Source: Eubacteriales bacterium (GTDB lineage: Bacteria; Bacillota; Clostridia; Oscillospirales; CAG-272). From it: a DNA stretch of 64,000 bases. Positions 30,862-40,492 of the stretch are shown one piece after another (within the stretch, counting starts at the first letter, position 1; every line of letters begins with the position of its first letter). The notes beneath the pieces are model-generated. The model was not told where the DNA came from and searched no databases. It was given only the letters and a program-made list of their open reading frames with translations. The stretch spans positions 2,932 to 66,931 of the forward strand of contig JAZNZB010000081.1 in NCBI GenBank assembly GCA_045594705.1, read 5' to 3'. The position numbers and the translations under genes were made by a program.

Positions 30862-31869
30862 TTGGCAAAGCATATCGGTATTGATCTCGGTACATCCAAT
30901 ACACGTTTTTGGCTCAAGGAAAAGGGCATACTTTTGCGCTCTCCCTCCGCCGTTGCCATTGATAATCGCACCCGCGAGGTTGTCTGTGTAGGCAGTGACG
31001 CCCGCCGTATGGTGGGAAAAACTCCCGTACACCTTTCGGCCTACAGACCCATTCAGGACAGCGTTGTCACCAACTTAGAGGTGACCTCTACCATGGTTCG
31101 TGAATTTTTTGAGCGCACCAACTGCACGGGATTTTTCAACAAGCCCGTCGTGCTTGCCGCCAGCCCTTACAGGCTGACCGACGTGGAGCGACTGGCCATT
31201 GAGACCGCAATTCTGGACGCGGGCGCAAAATCGGTTGCCATGATCGATGCACCCCTTGCCGCGGCTCTTGGAGCAGGCTTGCGTATTTCCGATCCGCGCG
31301 GCTGTATGGTCTGCGACATCGGTGGCGGCACGACAGAGATCGCCGTGATCAGCTCAGGCGGTATCGTGCGCGCAAAATCCTTGCGTGTTGGCGGTGACAA
31401 ATTCGACCAAGCCATTATCAACTACTGCAAATACCGCAAGGATCTGATCGTGGGCGACACGGCTGCCGAGATGGCCAAGCGTCAGCTTTCGGTTGCCACA
31501 CCCGATCTTGATCGAGGATCTATGCAGATTTTCGGCAGAAACGTCCGCACCGGTCTTGCCACCACGCAAACCATTTCCTCAGGCGAGGTCTGCCAGGCCT
31601 TGCGCGCACCCATTGAAGCCATTATCAGAGCCATTATTACCACCATTGAGGAAACTCCCCCCGAGATCTCGGGCGATATTTTCGATTTTGGTATCATGCT
31701 GACCGGCGGCGGTGCTAACATTCCGGGGCTGGCCGCACTGATCAGCAAGCATGTGGGCGTACGTGTCATTATAGCCAAGCAACCCATGGATGCGGTTTGC
31801 CAAGGTCTTGGCAGAATGATCGAGCATCCGGGGCTGACCTCCAAGCAGCTGATCTACAGGTCGAGGTGA
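30862..31869 (+). CDS. mreB: MreB/Mbl-family actin homologue (divergent)
   Basis: IGIDLGT.N, DIGGGTTEIAVIS, LTGGGA; TTG start; maf-mreB synteny. Confidence 0.88.
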   Translation: MAKHIGIDLGTSNTRFWLKEKGILLRSPSAVAIDNRTREVVCVGSDARRMVGKTPVHLSAYRPIQDSVVTNLEVTSTMVREFFERTNCTGFFNKPVVLAASPYRLTDVERLAIETAILDAGAKSVAMIDAPLAAALGAGLRISDPRGCMVCDIGGGTTEIAVISSGGIVRAKSLRVGGDKFDQAIINYCKYRKDLIVGDTAAEMAKRQLSVATPDLDRGSMQIFGRNVRTGLATTQTISSGEVCQALRAPIEAIIRAIITTIEETPPEISGDIFDFGIMLTGGGANIPGLAALISKHVGVRVIIAKQPMDAVCQGLGRMIEHPGLTSKQLIYRSR

Positions 31870-31873
31870 GAAT

Positions 31874-33955
31874 ATGAATCAACAAAAAATCCCACGCAGA
31901 ATTTTTATTCTCGCCATCATCTTTTGTGTTGTCTGCCTGCTTTACGTTTTTCGCTTGGTCGGTATTGTACTGACAGGTGAAAAGCCTGTTATACAGGATC
32001 ACTCGTTCGTATACGTCACCGTCAATGCTGCGCGCGGGCAGATCTATGACCGAAACGGTGTTCCGCTTGTGACCAACAAGTACGTTTACAATCTCGTGCT
32101 GGACGATCAGACCCTGCCCGATGACGATTACGATCGAAATAAAGGCCTTTTACTGCTCCTGCACGTATTTTCTCACTCGTCCGAAGCGGATCACCGCACC
32201 AAGGATCTCTATCCCTTTGTCGGTACGTATCCCGATCTGACCTATCATTCCGACGTATCAGAGGATACTACCATGCGTTACAGACTCGTGCGCCGTTTGG
32301 CAGCCAATGAGCTGGAGGACGACGTCAAAACGCACACGGTTGCATCTCTTGAGGCTTATTACGCAGAGCACCCCGAGGATTTTCCAACTGCTGAAACAGT
32401 AGTGAAATATTATCTGAAAAAATACGGTCTGAACGAGCAGAATCAGGATCAGAATCTTTATACCGACGCACAGATCGACGCACTTTTACGCCTTTATTAC
32501 GATATGGAGTGCAACAATTTCGGCGGGCTCAATCCATACACGCTTGCAACCGACATCTCTCTTTCGCTGATCACCGAGATCAAAGAGCACGCCATCCCTG
32601 GCGTGACCTTTGCCTATACGGTACAGCGTCAGTACGAATACCCCGGCTATGCCTCGCATATTCTCGGAAATATCGGTCAGATCTACGCCGAGGACTGGGA
32701 ATATTACAAAGATCTTGGCTACAACATGAACGATGTTGTGGGTATTTCGGGCTGCGAATATGCATTTGAAAGCTATCTGCGCGGCATTTCGGGCACAAAG
32801 GTATTGGAATTTGACGCAAAGGGAAATTTGGTGGGCGAATACTATGAATCCATGCCCGTGGCAGGTAAGGACGTTTATCTGACCATTGATATCAATCTTC
32901 AGATCGCAGCCGAGGACGGCCTTGCCGAAAATATCAAATATATCCGTGACCGCGGATATAACAAGGACTGTCAATCCGGTTCTCTGGTAGCCATGCATCC
33001 AACCACAGGTGAAGTATTGGCAATTGCCTCTTATCCTACCTTTGATCTGACTACCTACAACCTTGACTATTCTGATCTGTACGCAGATCCCGCGCAGCCA
33101 CTCTTAAACCGCGCGCTGCAGGGTCTTTACGCACCCGGTTCGACCTTCAAGCTGGGTATGGTGGTAGCAGGCATGCAGGAGGGTGTGGTACAAGCCTCTA
33201 CACCTTTACTGTGCGAAGGCACTTATACGGGGCTTGGCAGCGGATATCAGCCCAAATGCACGGGTGTGCACGGCAATATCAATGCGCCAAACGCTATTTG
33301 CGTTTCCTGTAACTGCTATTTTTACGAGCTTGGCAGGCAGCTGGGCATTGAAAAAATGAATCGGTACTGTGATTTTTACGGTTTTGGTAAGAAAACCGGC
33401 GTAGAGCTTTACGAGGAGATCGGCATTTTAGCGGGAGAGACCTACCGTGAGCAAAACGGACTTGCCACCTGGCAGCCGGGCGATACCATTGCTGCTGCCA
33501 TCGGTCAGTCGGATAACTCCTTTACGCCCATTCAGATCGCATCCTACCTTTGCACATTACTCAACGGCGGAACTCGGTATTCAGCGCATTTGCTTGGATC
33601 TGTCAACACGTATTTTACCAACGAAACGGCTGTGAAGGTAGAGCCGAAGGTGCTCTCCGAGCTTTCCATTGCGCAAAATACACTGGATACCGTCAAGCTT
33701 GGCATGAAAATGATGGTGGAGGAAAGCGCGACTGTCAGCTATTTCATGAGAAACGTGCCTGTAACGGTTGGCGGAAAAACAGGTACGGCACAGATTGGGC
33801 AAGGGCTGATCGACAACGCACTGTTCGTATGCGCTGCTCCCTATGATGATCCTGAGATCGTGATCTCGGTCGTCATTGAAAAGGGCGCGGGCGGCTCGTA
33901 TTCTTCTCTTTCCGCTGCACGCGTGCTGGAGGCATATTACGCAGGGAAAAATTAA
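31874..33955 (+). CDS. mrdA: Class B penicillin-binding protein (PBP2/MrdA-like)
   Basis: ARGQIYDRNG, STFK (SxxK), SCN (SxN), KTGTAQ. Confidence 0.88.
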   Translation: MNQQKIPRRIFILAIIFCVVCLLYVFRLVGIVLTGEKPVIQDHSFVYVTVNAARGQIYDRNGVPLVTNKYVYNLVLDDQTLPDDDYDRNKGLLLLLHVFSHSSEADHRTKDLYPFVGTYPDLTYHSDVSEDTTMRYRLVRRLAANELEDDVKTHTVASLEAYYAEHPEDFPTAETVVKYYLKKYGLNEQNQDQNLYTDAQIDALLRLYYDMECNNFGGLNPYTLATDISLSLITEIKEHAIPGVTFAYTVQRQYEYPGYASHILGNIGQIYAEDWEYYKDLGYNMNDVVGISGCEYAFESYLRGISGTKVLEFDAKGNLVGEYYESMPVAGKDVYLTIDINLQIAAEDGLAENIKYIRDRGYNKDCQSGSLVAMHPTTGEVLAIASYPTFDLTTYNLDYSDLYADPAQPLLNRALQGLYAPGSTFKLGMVVAGMQEGVVQASTPLLCEGTYTGLGSGYQPKCTGVHGNINAPNAICVSCNCYFYELGRQLGIEKMNRYCDFYGFGKKTGVELYEEIGILAGETYREQNGLATWQPGDTIAAAIGQSDNSFTPIQIASYLCTLLNGGTRYSAHLLGSVNTYFTNETAVKVEPKVLSELSIAQNTLDTVKLGMKMMVEESATVSYFMRNVPVTVGGKTGTAQIGQGLIDNALFVCAAPYDDPEIVISVVIEKGAGGSYSSLSAARVLEAYYAGKN

Positions 33956-34051
33956 ATTTTTATTAAAAAGGGAGGCATTTTTGCTTTCCTTTTTTCATGT
34001 TTGTTGCAAAAATGGTGAGACCCTCTCTTACGTCACATGAAAATTATTTAT

Positions 34052-34153
34052 GTAGGGGAGGATATTATCCTCCCGCACGCGATAAGACGAGAACGTATTC
34101 AGCATTACATCATGAAAACCCATTTCCTGCGGGAAGATAATATCTTCCCCTAC
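34052..34153. repeat. GTAG-type REP doublet
   Basis: GTAGGGGAGGATATTATCCTCCCG (34052-34075) and inverted CGGGAAGATAATATCTTCCCCTAC (34130-34153). Confidence 0.8.
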
Positions 34154-34250
34154 ACACATTGATCGCATTAAAATTTGTAGGAAATGGGCAATTTGCTTAC
34201 AAATAACTACTCCCTTTTTTTGAAAATTTTTCAAAACTCAACAAAGACCC

Positions 34251-34305
34251 TTGACAAAAGTCCGATTTAGGACTATAATAATTGCATAAAGTCCGAAATA
34301 GGACT
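34251..34305 (+). promoter_or_regulatory. SigA promoter with two AGTCC-N6-GGACT operators (probable MarR autorepression sites)
   Basis: TTGACA-17 bp-TATAAT (34251-34279); palindromes at 34259-34274 and 34290-34305. Confidence 0.8.
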
Positions 34306-34320
34306 TTTTTGGAGGTATCC

Positions 34321-34758
34321 ATGCAACTAATCGATCAATTTCACACGCAAATCAAAGAATATCTGAATACTTACCAGAATGCCATCGGACAAAATTCGAT
34401 CTCAATCAACGAATTTTTTGTATGGTCATCGCTGACAGAGCAGAACAGTGAATATACCCAACAGGATCTTTGCACTATCTGGTCCTTGCCCAAACAAACG
34501 GTCAATTCGATCGTCACGCAAATGATTTTGAAAAAATACGCACGCCTGGAGCACGTGCCCGGACAGCGCAAAAGAAAGATCATTCGCTTGACTGAGGAAG
34601 GAAAAAAGCGCGGTCAAAGCATAGTTGATCCCATTTCCAAGGCTGAGCAAAGAGCCTTTGAAAAAATGACCCCCGAACAATTTAAGGCTATGATACAGAT
34701 GTTTGAGCAATATATTTCAATCGTTCGGGGAGAATTTGAGGGCAAGGATCATGACTAA
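34321..34758 (+). CDS. MarR-family transcriptional regulator
   Basis: TQQDLC..WSLPKQTVNS...RKII.LTEEG winged helix. Confidence 0.9.
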   Translation: MQLIDQFHTQIKEYLNTYQNAIGQNSISINEFFVWSSLTEQNSEYTQQDLCTIWSLPKQTVNSIVTQMILKKYARLEHVPGQRKRKIIRLTEEGKKRGQSIVDPISKAEQRAFEKMTPEQFKAMIQMFEQYISIVRGEFEGKDHD

Positions 34759-35581
34759 AATGCTTCTTAGGTCCTTGCTTTACGTATTTCAGGGCGCGAT
34801 CGTAGGCGTGGGTGCCATCCTGCCCGGTATCAGCGGTGGCGTTCTTTGTGTCGTATTCGGTATTTACGAGCCTATGATGGAATTTTTGTCAAACCCCATC
34901 AAATGCTTCAAAAAGCACCTTGGAATCCTAATTCCGTTTGCCATCGGTTGGGCACTTGGCTTTGTTCTGCTTGCCAAGGCGGTGGAATTTGTTTTTGGTC
35001 TATGCCAGCCTGCGGCACTTATGCTCTTTTTCGGTCTGATTTGCGGCACCTTGCCGGAAATGCTGGTTTTCAAGGATACACAAGAGGGTAACACTTCAAA
35101 GAGCTGGATGCCCTTTGTCATTTCCCTATCCTTTGCATACCTTCTCTTTCATCTGATTGAGGTTGGCGTGCAGGCCACGCTTGCTCCCTCGTTTTTAGCC
35201 TTTATTTTCTGCGGCGTTTTGTGGGGACTTTCCACCATCGTGCCCGGCATGACCTCCTCAGCCATCCTGATCGAGCTTGGGCTTTACGAGCCTCTGACCT
35301 ATGGTATAGGCTCTCTCAAGCTGCCTGTATTGATCCCTTTTCTGATCGGTATCGTTGCAACAGTTTTATTGCTGGCACGTCTGATCAACATGCTTTATAA
35401 AAAGCACAATTTACTGATGTGCCGTGTCATTCTCGGCTTTGTCATTGCATCCTCTCTCAAAATTATTCCCACCGATTTCTTGTCCCCTACCGTGATGATC
35501 GTATCCATTGTCTGCTTTATCGCAGGTCTTGCAGCCGCGCGCGCCATGGACGTTTGGAGTGCACATCACCAACATCACTAA
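34751..35581 (+). CDS. DUF368 family membrane protein (undecaprenyl-phosphate translocase family)
   Basis: ILPGISGG...FGIYE and second-repeat IVPGMTSS...LGLYE motifs. Confidence 0.85.
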   Translation: MTKMLLRSLLYVFQGAIVGVGAILPGISGGVLCVVFGIYEPMMEFLSNPIKCFKKHLGILIPFAIGWALGFVLLAKAVEFVFGLCQPAALMLFFGLICGTLPEMLVFKDTQEGNTSKSWMPFVISLSFAYLLFHLIEVGVQATLAPSFLAFIFCGVLWGLSTIVPGMTSSAILIELGLYEPLTYGIGSLKLPVLIPFLIGIVATVLLLARLINMLYKKHNLLMCRVILGFVIASSLKIIPTDFLSPTVMIVSIVCFIAGLAAARAMDVWSAHHQHH

Positions 35582-35592
35582 AGGAGCTTACT

Positions 35593-36192
35593 ATGCGCTT
35601 GATTGGTTTTTATAATTACACGGTCATTTTGACCTACATAAGCTTGTTTTCATCTCTGCTTGGCATTAAATTTGCCTTTGATGGCAACGCTTTTGCCGCT
35701 ATGGCGTGTCTGGCAATCTCGGGTATTTGTGACATGTTTGACGGCGTAGTGGCAAGATCCAAGAAAAACAGAACGGCTGACGAGAAAAATTTCGGCATTC
35801 AGCTGGATTCTCTTTGCGACGTGATCTGCTTTGGCGCATTTCCTGCCATTTTCCTGTACTTTAACGGTGTGGACTCTGTTGTAGGCATAATTCTGCTGAT
35901 GTTATTTGTGCTTTGCGCGGTGATTCGCCTTGCATTCTTTAACGTGCTGGAGATCAAACGCCAGCAGACCGAGGGCGGCGTAACAAAGAAATACAGAGGA
36001 TTGCCCGTGACCTCGATCGCCATCATTCTTCCGCTGACCTTTTTGCTGCATTACGTCCTTCCCGAAAACGTTATGACCGTGATTTATTACGTGCTGACCG
36101 TTGTCGTTCCTTTCTTGTTCGTGCTGGACGTGGGCATTCCCAAATTCTGCGTGGATAAGATTTTTGCAAAGAAAAAAGAAAAACGCTCGTAA
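35593..36192 (+). CDS. pssA: CDP-alcohol phosphatidyltransferase, PssA-like
   Basis: DMFDGVVAR...FGIQLDSLCDVICFG signature; RLA.FN, GLP. Confidence 0.82.
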   Translation: MRLIGFYNYTVILTYISLFSSLLGIKFAFDGNAFAAMACLAISGICDMFDGVVARSKKNRTADEKNFGIQLDSLCDVICFGAFPAIFLYFNGVDSVVGIILLMLFVLCAVIRLAFFNVLEIKRQQTEGGVTKKYRGLPVTSIAIILPLTFLLHYVLPENVMTVIYYVLTVVVPFLFVLDVGIPKFCVDKIFAKKKEKRS

Positions 36193-36204
36193 ACCGTTTT
36201 CGGG

Positions 36205-36269
36205 CAGGAGCATGATATGCTCCCCTACACAAGAGTCATTTCTGTCGTGGGGCGACCATCTGTCGTCCG
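36205..36269. repeat. Degenerate REP pair
   Basis: CAGGAGCATGATATGCTCCCCTAC and GTGGGGCGACCATCTGTCGTCCG. Confidence 0.55.
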
Positions 36270-36300
36270 ACTGCGACAACTGATTTATTAGAATATATGA

Positions 36301-36341
36301 AAAACAGGGGCTTCTTCACATAAAGGAGCCCCTGTTTTTTT
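36301..36341. terminator. Bidirectional terminator between pssA and copA
   Basis: AAAACAGGGGCTTCTT...AAGGAGCCCCTGTTTTTTT. Confidence 0.75.
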
Positions 36342-36350
36342 CATGTCATT

Positions 36351-38888
36351 TTATCTGATTTTCGCGGGATAACCCTCTTGTGTCACGCTCTTGACCAGAT
36401 CCTCGGGCTTTTTGCCGGTATAGGTCACGGTTGCGGTATTGTTATCAAGATCGACCTCGACTGCCTTGACACCCTTGACGCCCTCAAGAGCCTTTTTGAC
36501 GTGCGCGACGCACTTCTGGCACATCATGCCTTGTACGTCCATCACAATGATCTGTTCTGCCATTGTATTTTTACCTCTCTTTTTATGATGAATTGTATAC
36601 TTGACGCCGTCCTTGTATTTTGCCGGCTTTTTGAGTCTTAGTGAATTGAGCACCACGCTGACCGAGGAAAAGCTCATGGCCACCGAGGCGATCATGGGAC
36701 TGAGCACAATGCCCACGGGTGCAAGCACGCCTGCCGCCAGCGGAATGCAGATGCTGTTATAGATCAGTGCCCAAAACAGATTTTGCTGAATAATTTTTAC
36801 AGTTTCGCGGGAGAGCCTGATGGCCTGCACCACACCGAACAGAGAATTTTTGGAAAGTACCGCATCGGCCGAATCAATGGCAACCTCTGTACCCGAGCCA
36901 ATGGCAATGCCCACGTCGGCACGCGCCAGGGCAGGAGCGTCGTTGATGCCGTCGCCCACCATGGCCGTTTTTCCCTTTTGACAGTATTCGCGGATGATTC
37001 TTTCCTTATCGTCCGGCAAAAGCGACGCGTGTACGGTGGAAATGCCTGCCTCTTTTGCAATGGCAGCAGCCGTTGTGGGATTATCGCCCGTCAGCATGAC
37101 CGTCGTAATGCCCATATCGGAAAGTGCAGATACGGTCCTTGCACTTTCCTCCTTGATCGGGTCGGAAATACCTATCATACCAAGTGTGTACCCGTCCGCA
37201 GATACGGCTACAACCGTCATTCCCTTGGTCTGACATGCATCAAACGCATTTTGGTGCTGCTCTGTAAATACAACGCCATTTTCAATTAAGAATTTCGGCT
37301 TACCGACTAAAATTTTCTTTCCGTCCACCACGGCACCGATGCCGTTGCCCACACTGGAAAAATGATCTGTCACCGATTGTAATGCGACGTTTTTTTCTTC
37401 TGCATAACTGCATATTGCAGCCGACAGCGGATGCGCCGAAAAGCTTTCGGCAGCATATGCATACGAAATCAGCTCTTTCTCATTTGCACTGTCAAAGACT
37501 TCAACGTGTGACACGGCAGGCTTGCCCTTGGTCAACGTGCCGGTCTTATCCATGAGCACGTATTCCACCTCGTGCAAGGCCTCTAAGGTTTCTCCGTTCT
37601 TGATCAATACACCCTCGCCCGCGCCTCTGCCCGTGCCCACCATAATGGCAGTAGGGGTGGCAAGTCCGAGTGCACAAGGACAGGAAATAACCAATACAGA
37701 AATTGCACTTCTCAACGCTTGGTTGATATCTCCACCCGTTGCAATCAGCCATACCACGACAGTGATCAGTGAAATTGCCATCACGCTCGGCACAAAGATC
37801 GCGCTGACCTTATCCGCCACGCGGGCAATGGGTGCTTTGGAGGAAGCAGCATCCTCCAGGAGATTGATAATCTTTTGCAGTGCAGTATCCTGTCCGACAC
37901 GATCTACACGCACAGTCAGATATCCGCTGACCAAGGTACACGCACCGCTGACCACGTCGCCCACACCCTTTTCAATCGGAATGCTCTCGCCACTCAAGGG
38001 AGATTCGTCCACGCCTCCGTGTCCTTCCAGTACGGTTCCGTCCACGGGAATGGCCTGCCCCTGCTTGACGATGACCACGTCACCCACGACCAGCTCGGAA
38101 ATGGGCAACTGCACGTGCTCACTGCCCCGGATAACGGTTGCCTCGTCGGGCAAAAGCGACGCCAACGCACGCACGGCCGCTCCCGCCTTATTTTTTGCTC
38201 TGCCCTCAAGCATCTTTCCAAGCGATACCAGCGTGACGATCATGGCCGAGGACTCCAGATACAGCGAATGCATCCAGGAATGCAGCATTTCGACGTTACC
38301 CGTAGTGCTTGCAATGCCGATTTCCACAGCTGCCCACACACCGTAAATAAACGCCGCAGACGAGCCGATGGCGATCAAGGTATCCATATTGGGGGAAAGA
38401 TGGAAAAGTGCGCGGAAACCGCGGAAAAAGAAGCCGTAATTCAAAATCAGCACAGGCAGCGTCAATATCATCTGTAAAAGCACGAACGAAAGCGCGTATT
38501 CCGGCTCGGAAAAAAACTGCAAGAACGGCACACCGAACATATTTCCCATGGATACAAACATCAAAAGTCCGGTCAGAAATGCGCTGAGCAAAAACCTGAC
38601 AAGTACTGCCTTTTGTTGCTTTTGCTCTCCATGTGCCGATTTGCTTTGCTCCGCATTTTCTGTCAGCGCATATCCCGCCGACTTGATTTTTGCAGCAAGC
38701 CTTTTTTCTATTTTTTTGATATCTCCCGCACTGTATGTGTCGGGATAGGTCACACTTAAGGAATTGGTCAGAAGGCTGACGGTAAATTCGATCTGCTCAC
38801 TGCCAAGCACGGCACCCGCGGCACGCTCGACGTGGCTGACGCAGGCCGCGCACATCATACCCTTGACTCCATATCTGATTTTTTGCAT
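36351..38888 (-). CDS. copA: Cu(I)-translocating P1B-type ATPase with N- and C-terminal HMA domains
   Basis: GMMCAAC, CPCALGLATP, DKTGTLT, GDGINDAP, YN and MSFSS motifs, C-terminal GMMCQKC. Confidence 0.93.
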   Translation of the reverse strand: MQKIRYGVKGMMCAACVSHVERAAGAVLGSEQIEFTVSLLTNSLSVTYPDTYSAGDIKKIEKRLAAKIKSAGYALTENAEQSKSAHGEQKQQKAVLVRFLLSAFLTGLLMFVSMGNMFGVPFLQFFSEPEYALSFVLLQMILTLPVLILNYGFFFRGFRALFHLSPNMDTLIAIGSSAAFIYGVWAAVEIGIASTTGNVEMLHSWMHSLYLESSAMIVTLVSLGKMLEGRAKNKAGAAVRALASLLPDEATVIRGSEHVQLPISELVVGDVVIVKQGQAIPVDGTVLEGHGGVDESPLSGESIPIEKGVGDVVSGACTLVSGYLTVRVDRVGQDTALQKIINLLEDAASSKAPIARVADKVSAIFVPSVMAISLITVVVWLIATGGDINQALRSAISVLVISCPCALGLATPTAIMVGTGRGAGEGVLIKNGETLEALHEVEYVLMDKTGTLTKGKPAVSHVEVFDSANEKELISYAYAAESFSAHPLSAAICSYAEEKNVALQSVTDHFSSVGNGIGAVVDGKKILVGKPKFLIENGVVFTEQHQNAFDACQTKGMTVVAVSADGYTLGMIGISDPIKEESARTVSALSDMGITTVMLTGDNPTTAAAIAKEAGISTVHASLLPDDKERIIREYCQKGKTAMVGDGINDAPALARADVGIAIGSGTEVAIDSADAVLSKNSLFGVVQAIRLSRETVKIIQQNLFWALIYNSICIPLAAGVLAPVGIVLSPMIASVAMSFSSVSVVLNSLRLKKPAKYKDGVKYTIHHKKRGKNTMAEQIIVMDVQGMMCQKCVAHVKKALEGVKGVKAVEVDLDNNTATVTYTGKKPEDLVKSVTQEGYPAKIR

Positions 38889-39103
38889 TTTTCATCTCTT
38901 TTCATAAAAAATTTACAATTACAGTTTCAACTTATTATATCGCAAATATGAAGCAAAAACAAGAAAAAAATGTAAACTTTTTTGTTTCAAACCGCGCAAA
39001 AAATGGTGTATATGGGGTTGCTTTTGCGACTAATATATGTTATAATATAATATAACTATAATTATATATAAATTTAAGTTACCCATATGGGAAAGGAAAC
39101 ATA

Positions 39104-40492
39104 ATGGAAATACTGGATCTGCTTAACGCACTCTGGGACGGAATCAAGGAATACTATCGAGACACGCTCGGAGACCTGATCTGCGACGTCTGGTTCGGTG
39201 GCTTGGAAATTCAAAGCTTTGAAAATAATACCATTGTCATGGTGACACCGTCCGAGATCAAAATCAACGTGATCAAAAGTAAATATCTGCCTGAAATCAA
39301 ACAAAAGTTTTCGGAAAATCTCGGAATGGACGTAAACGTGGAGCTGCGCTTTTCGGGAGACACCAAGGGAATGGAATCCTTGCGTGACCGTTTTGTGCGT
39401 GCTGCGCAAAATGAGGTAAGCACACCGGCAGCCGAGCAGCCTGCTCAGAAGCCTACTCTCGGCTCGACCATGCCTCCCTTCAAATTTGAATACACCTTTG
39501 ATAATTTCATCGTCGGAAACTCCAACAAGTTTGCACACGCTGCCTGTGTAGCTGTGGCAAACCATCCTGCAACCGACTATAATCCGCTCTTTATATACGG
39601 CCCTTCGGGTATCGGTAAAACGCACTTGCTCTACGCCATTACCAATGAGTTCAAGCGCAAGCGTCCCGATATCAAGGTCATTTACATCAAGAGTGAGGAC
39701 TTTACCAATCAGATGATCGACTGTATGGCCCGCCGCAATATGAACGAATTCCGCGAGAAATACCGCAGCTGCGATATTCTTATGATCGACGATATTCAGT
39801 TCATCGCAGGTAAGGTTTCCACGCAAGAGGAATTTTTCCACACCTTCAACGCTCTGCACGAGGACGGCAAGCAGATCATTCTGACCTCGGACAAGCCTCC
39901 CAGAGAGATCAAGACCTTGGAGGACAGACTGATCACGAGATTTGAATGGGGACTGATCGCAGACATTCAGCCGCCGGATCACGAGCTGCGCATGGCCATT
40001 ATCAAAAAGAAGGCCGATCAGGTAGGCATTGAAATTTCGGACGAGGTGCTGGAATTTCTTGCAGAAAACCTGCGCTCCAATATCCGACAGATCGAGGGCG
40101 CTGTGCGAAAGCTGAGTGCGATCGGATTTGTGTACGGCAAGGTGATCACCATGGACGTGGCCCGTGGCTGCATTGACGAGCTGCTTGGCGGCGCTGAGCC
40201 GGTAAACGTGACAGTGGACAAGATCTTTACCGCAGTTTATAAAAAATACGGCATCAAGAAAGAAGAGATTCTGGGTGAGCGCCGTACCAAGGATATTGCT
40301 CAGGCAAGACACATTGCCATCTACCTGATCCGCAACATTACCGACATGTCCTTCCCCGGCATCGGTAAGATCCTCAATCGCAACCACACCACCGTTATCT
40401 CCTCGATCGACACTGTGGAAAAGAAGATGATGGCTTCCACCTCCTTCTCTCTTGAAATCGATGAGCTGATCAAGGCTGTGAAGGAAAGTTAA
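39104..40492 (+). CDS. dnaA: Chromosomal replication initiator DnaA
   Basis: YNPLFIYGPSGIGKTHLL, IDDIQF, RFEWGL, HTTVI. Confidence 0.98.
   Translation: MEILDLLNALWDGIKEYYRDTLGDLICDVWFGGLEIQSFENNTIVMVTPSEIKINVIKSKYLPEIKQKFSENLGMDVNVELRFSGDTKGMESLRDRFVRAAQNEVSTPAAEQPAQKPTLGSTMPPFKFEYTFDNFIVGNSNKFAHAACVAVANHPATDYNPLFIYGPSGIGKTHLLYAITNEFKRKRPDIKVIYIKSEDFTNQMIDCMARRNMNEFREKYRSCDILMIDDIQFIAGKVSTQEEFFHTFNALHEDGKQIILTSDKPPREIKTLEDRLITRFEWGLIADIQPPDHELRMAIIKKKADQVGIEISDEVLEFLAENLRSNIRQIEGAVRKLSAIGFVYGKVITMDVARGCIDELLGGAEPVNVTVDKIFTAVYKKYGIKKEEILGERRTKDIAQARHIAIYLIRNITDMSFPGIGKILNRNHTTVISSIDTVEKKMMASTSFSLEIDELIKAVKES

Noticed and set aside
39030..39080. Very AT-rich tract upstream of dnaA as the unwinding element
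   Set aside because: No adjacent DnaA boxes were seen; it overlaps the dnaA promoter, and the box-plus-trio arrangement lies downstream of dnaA.
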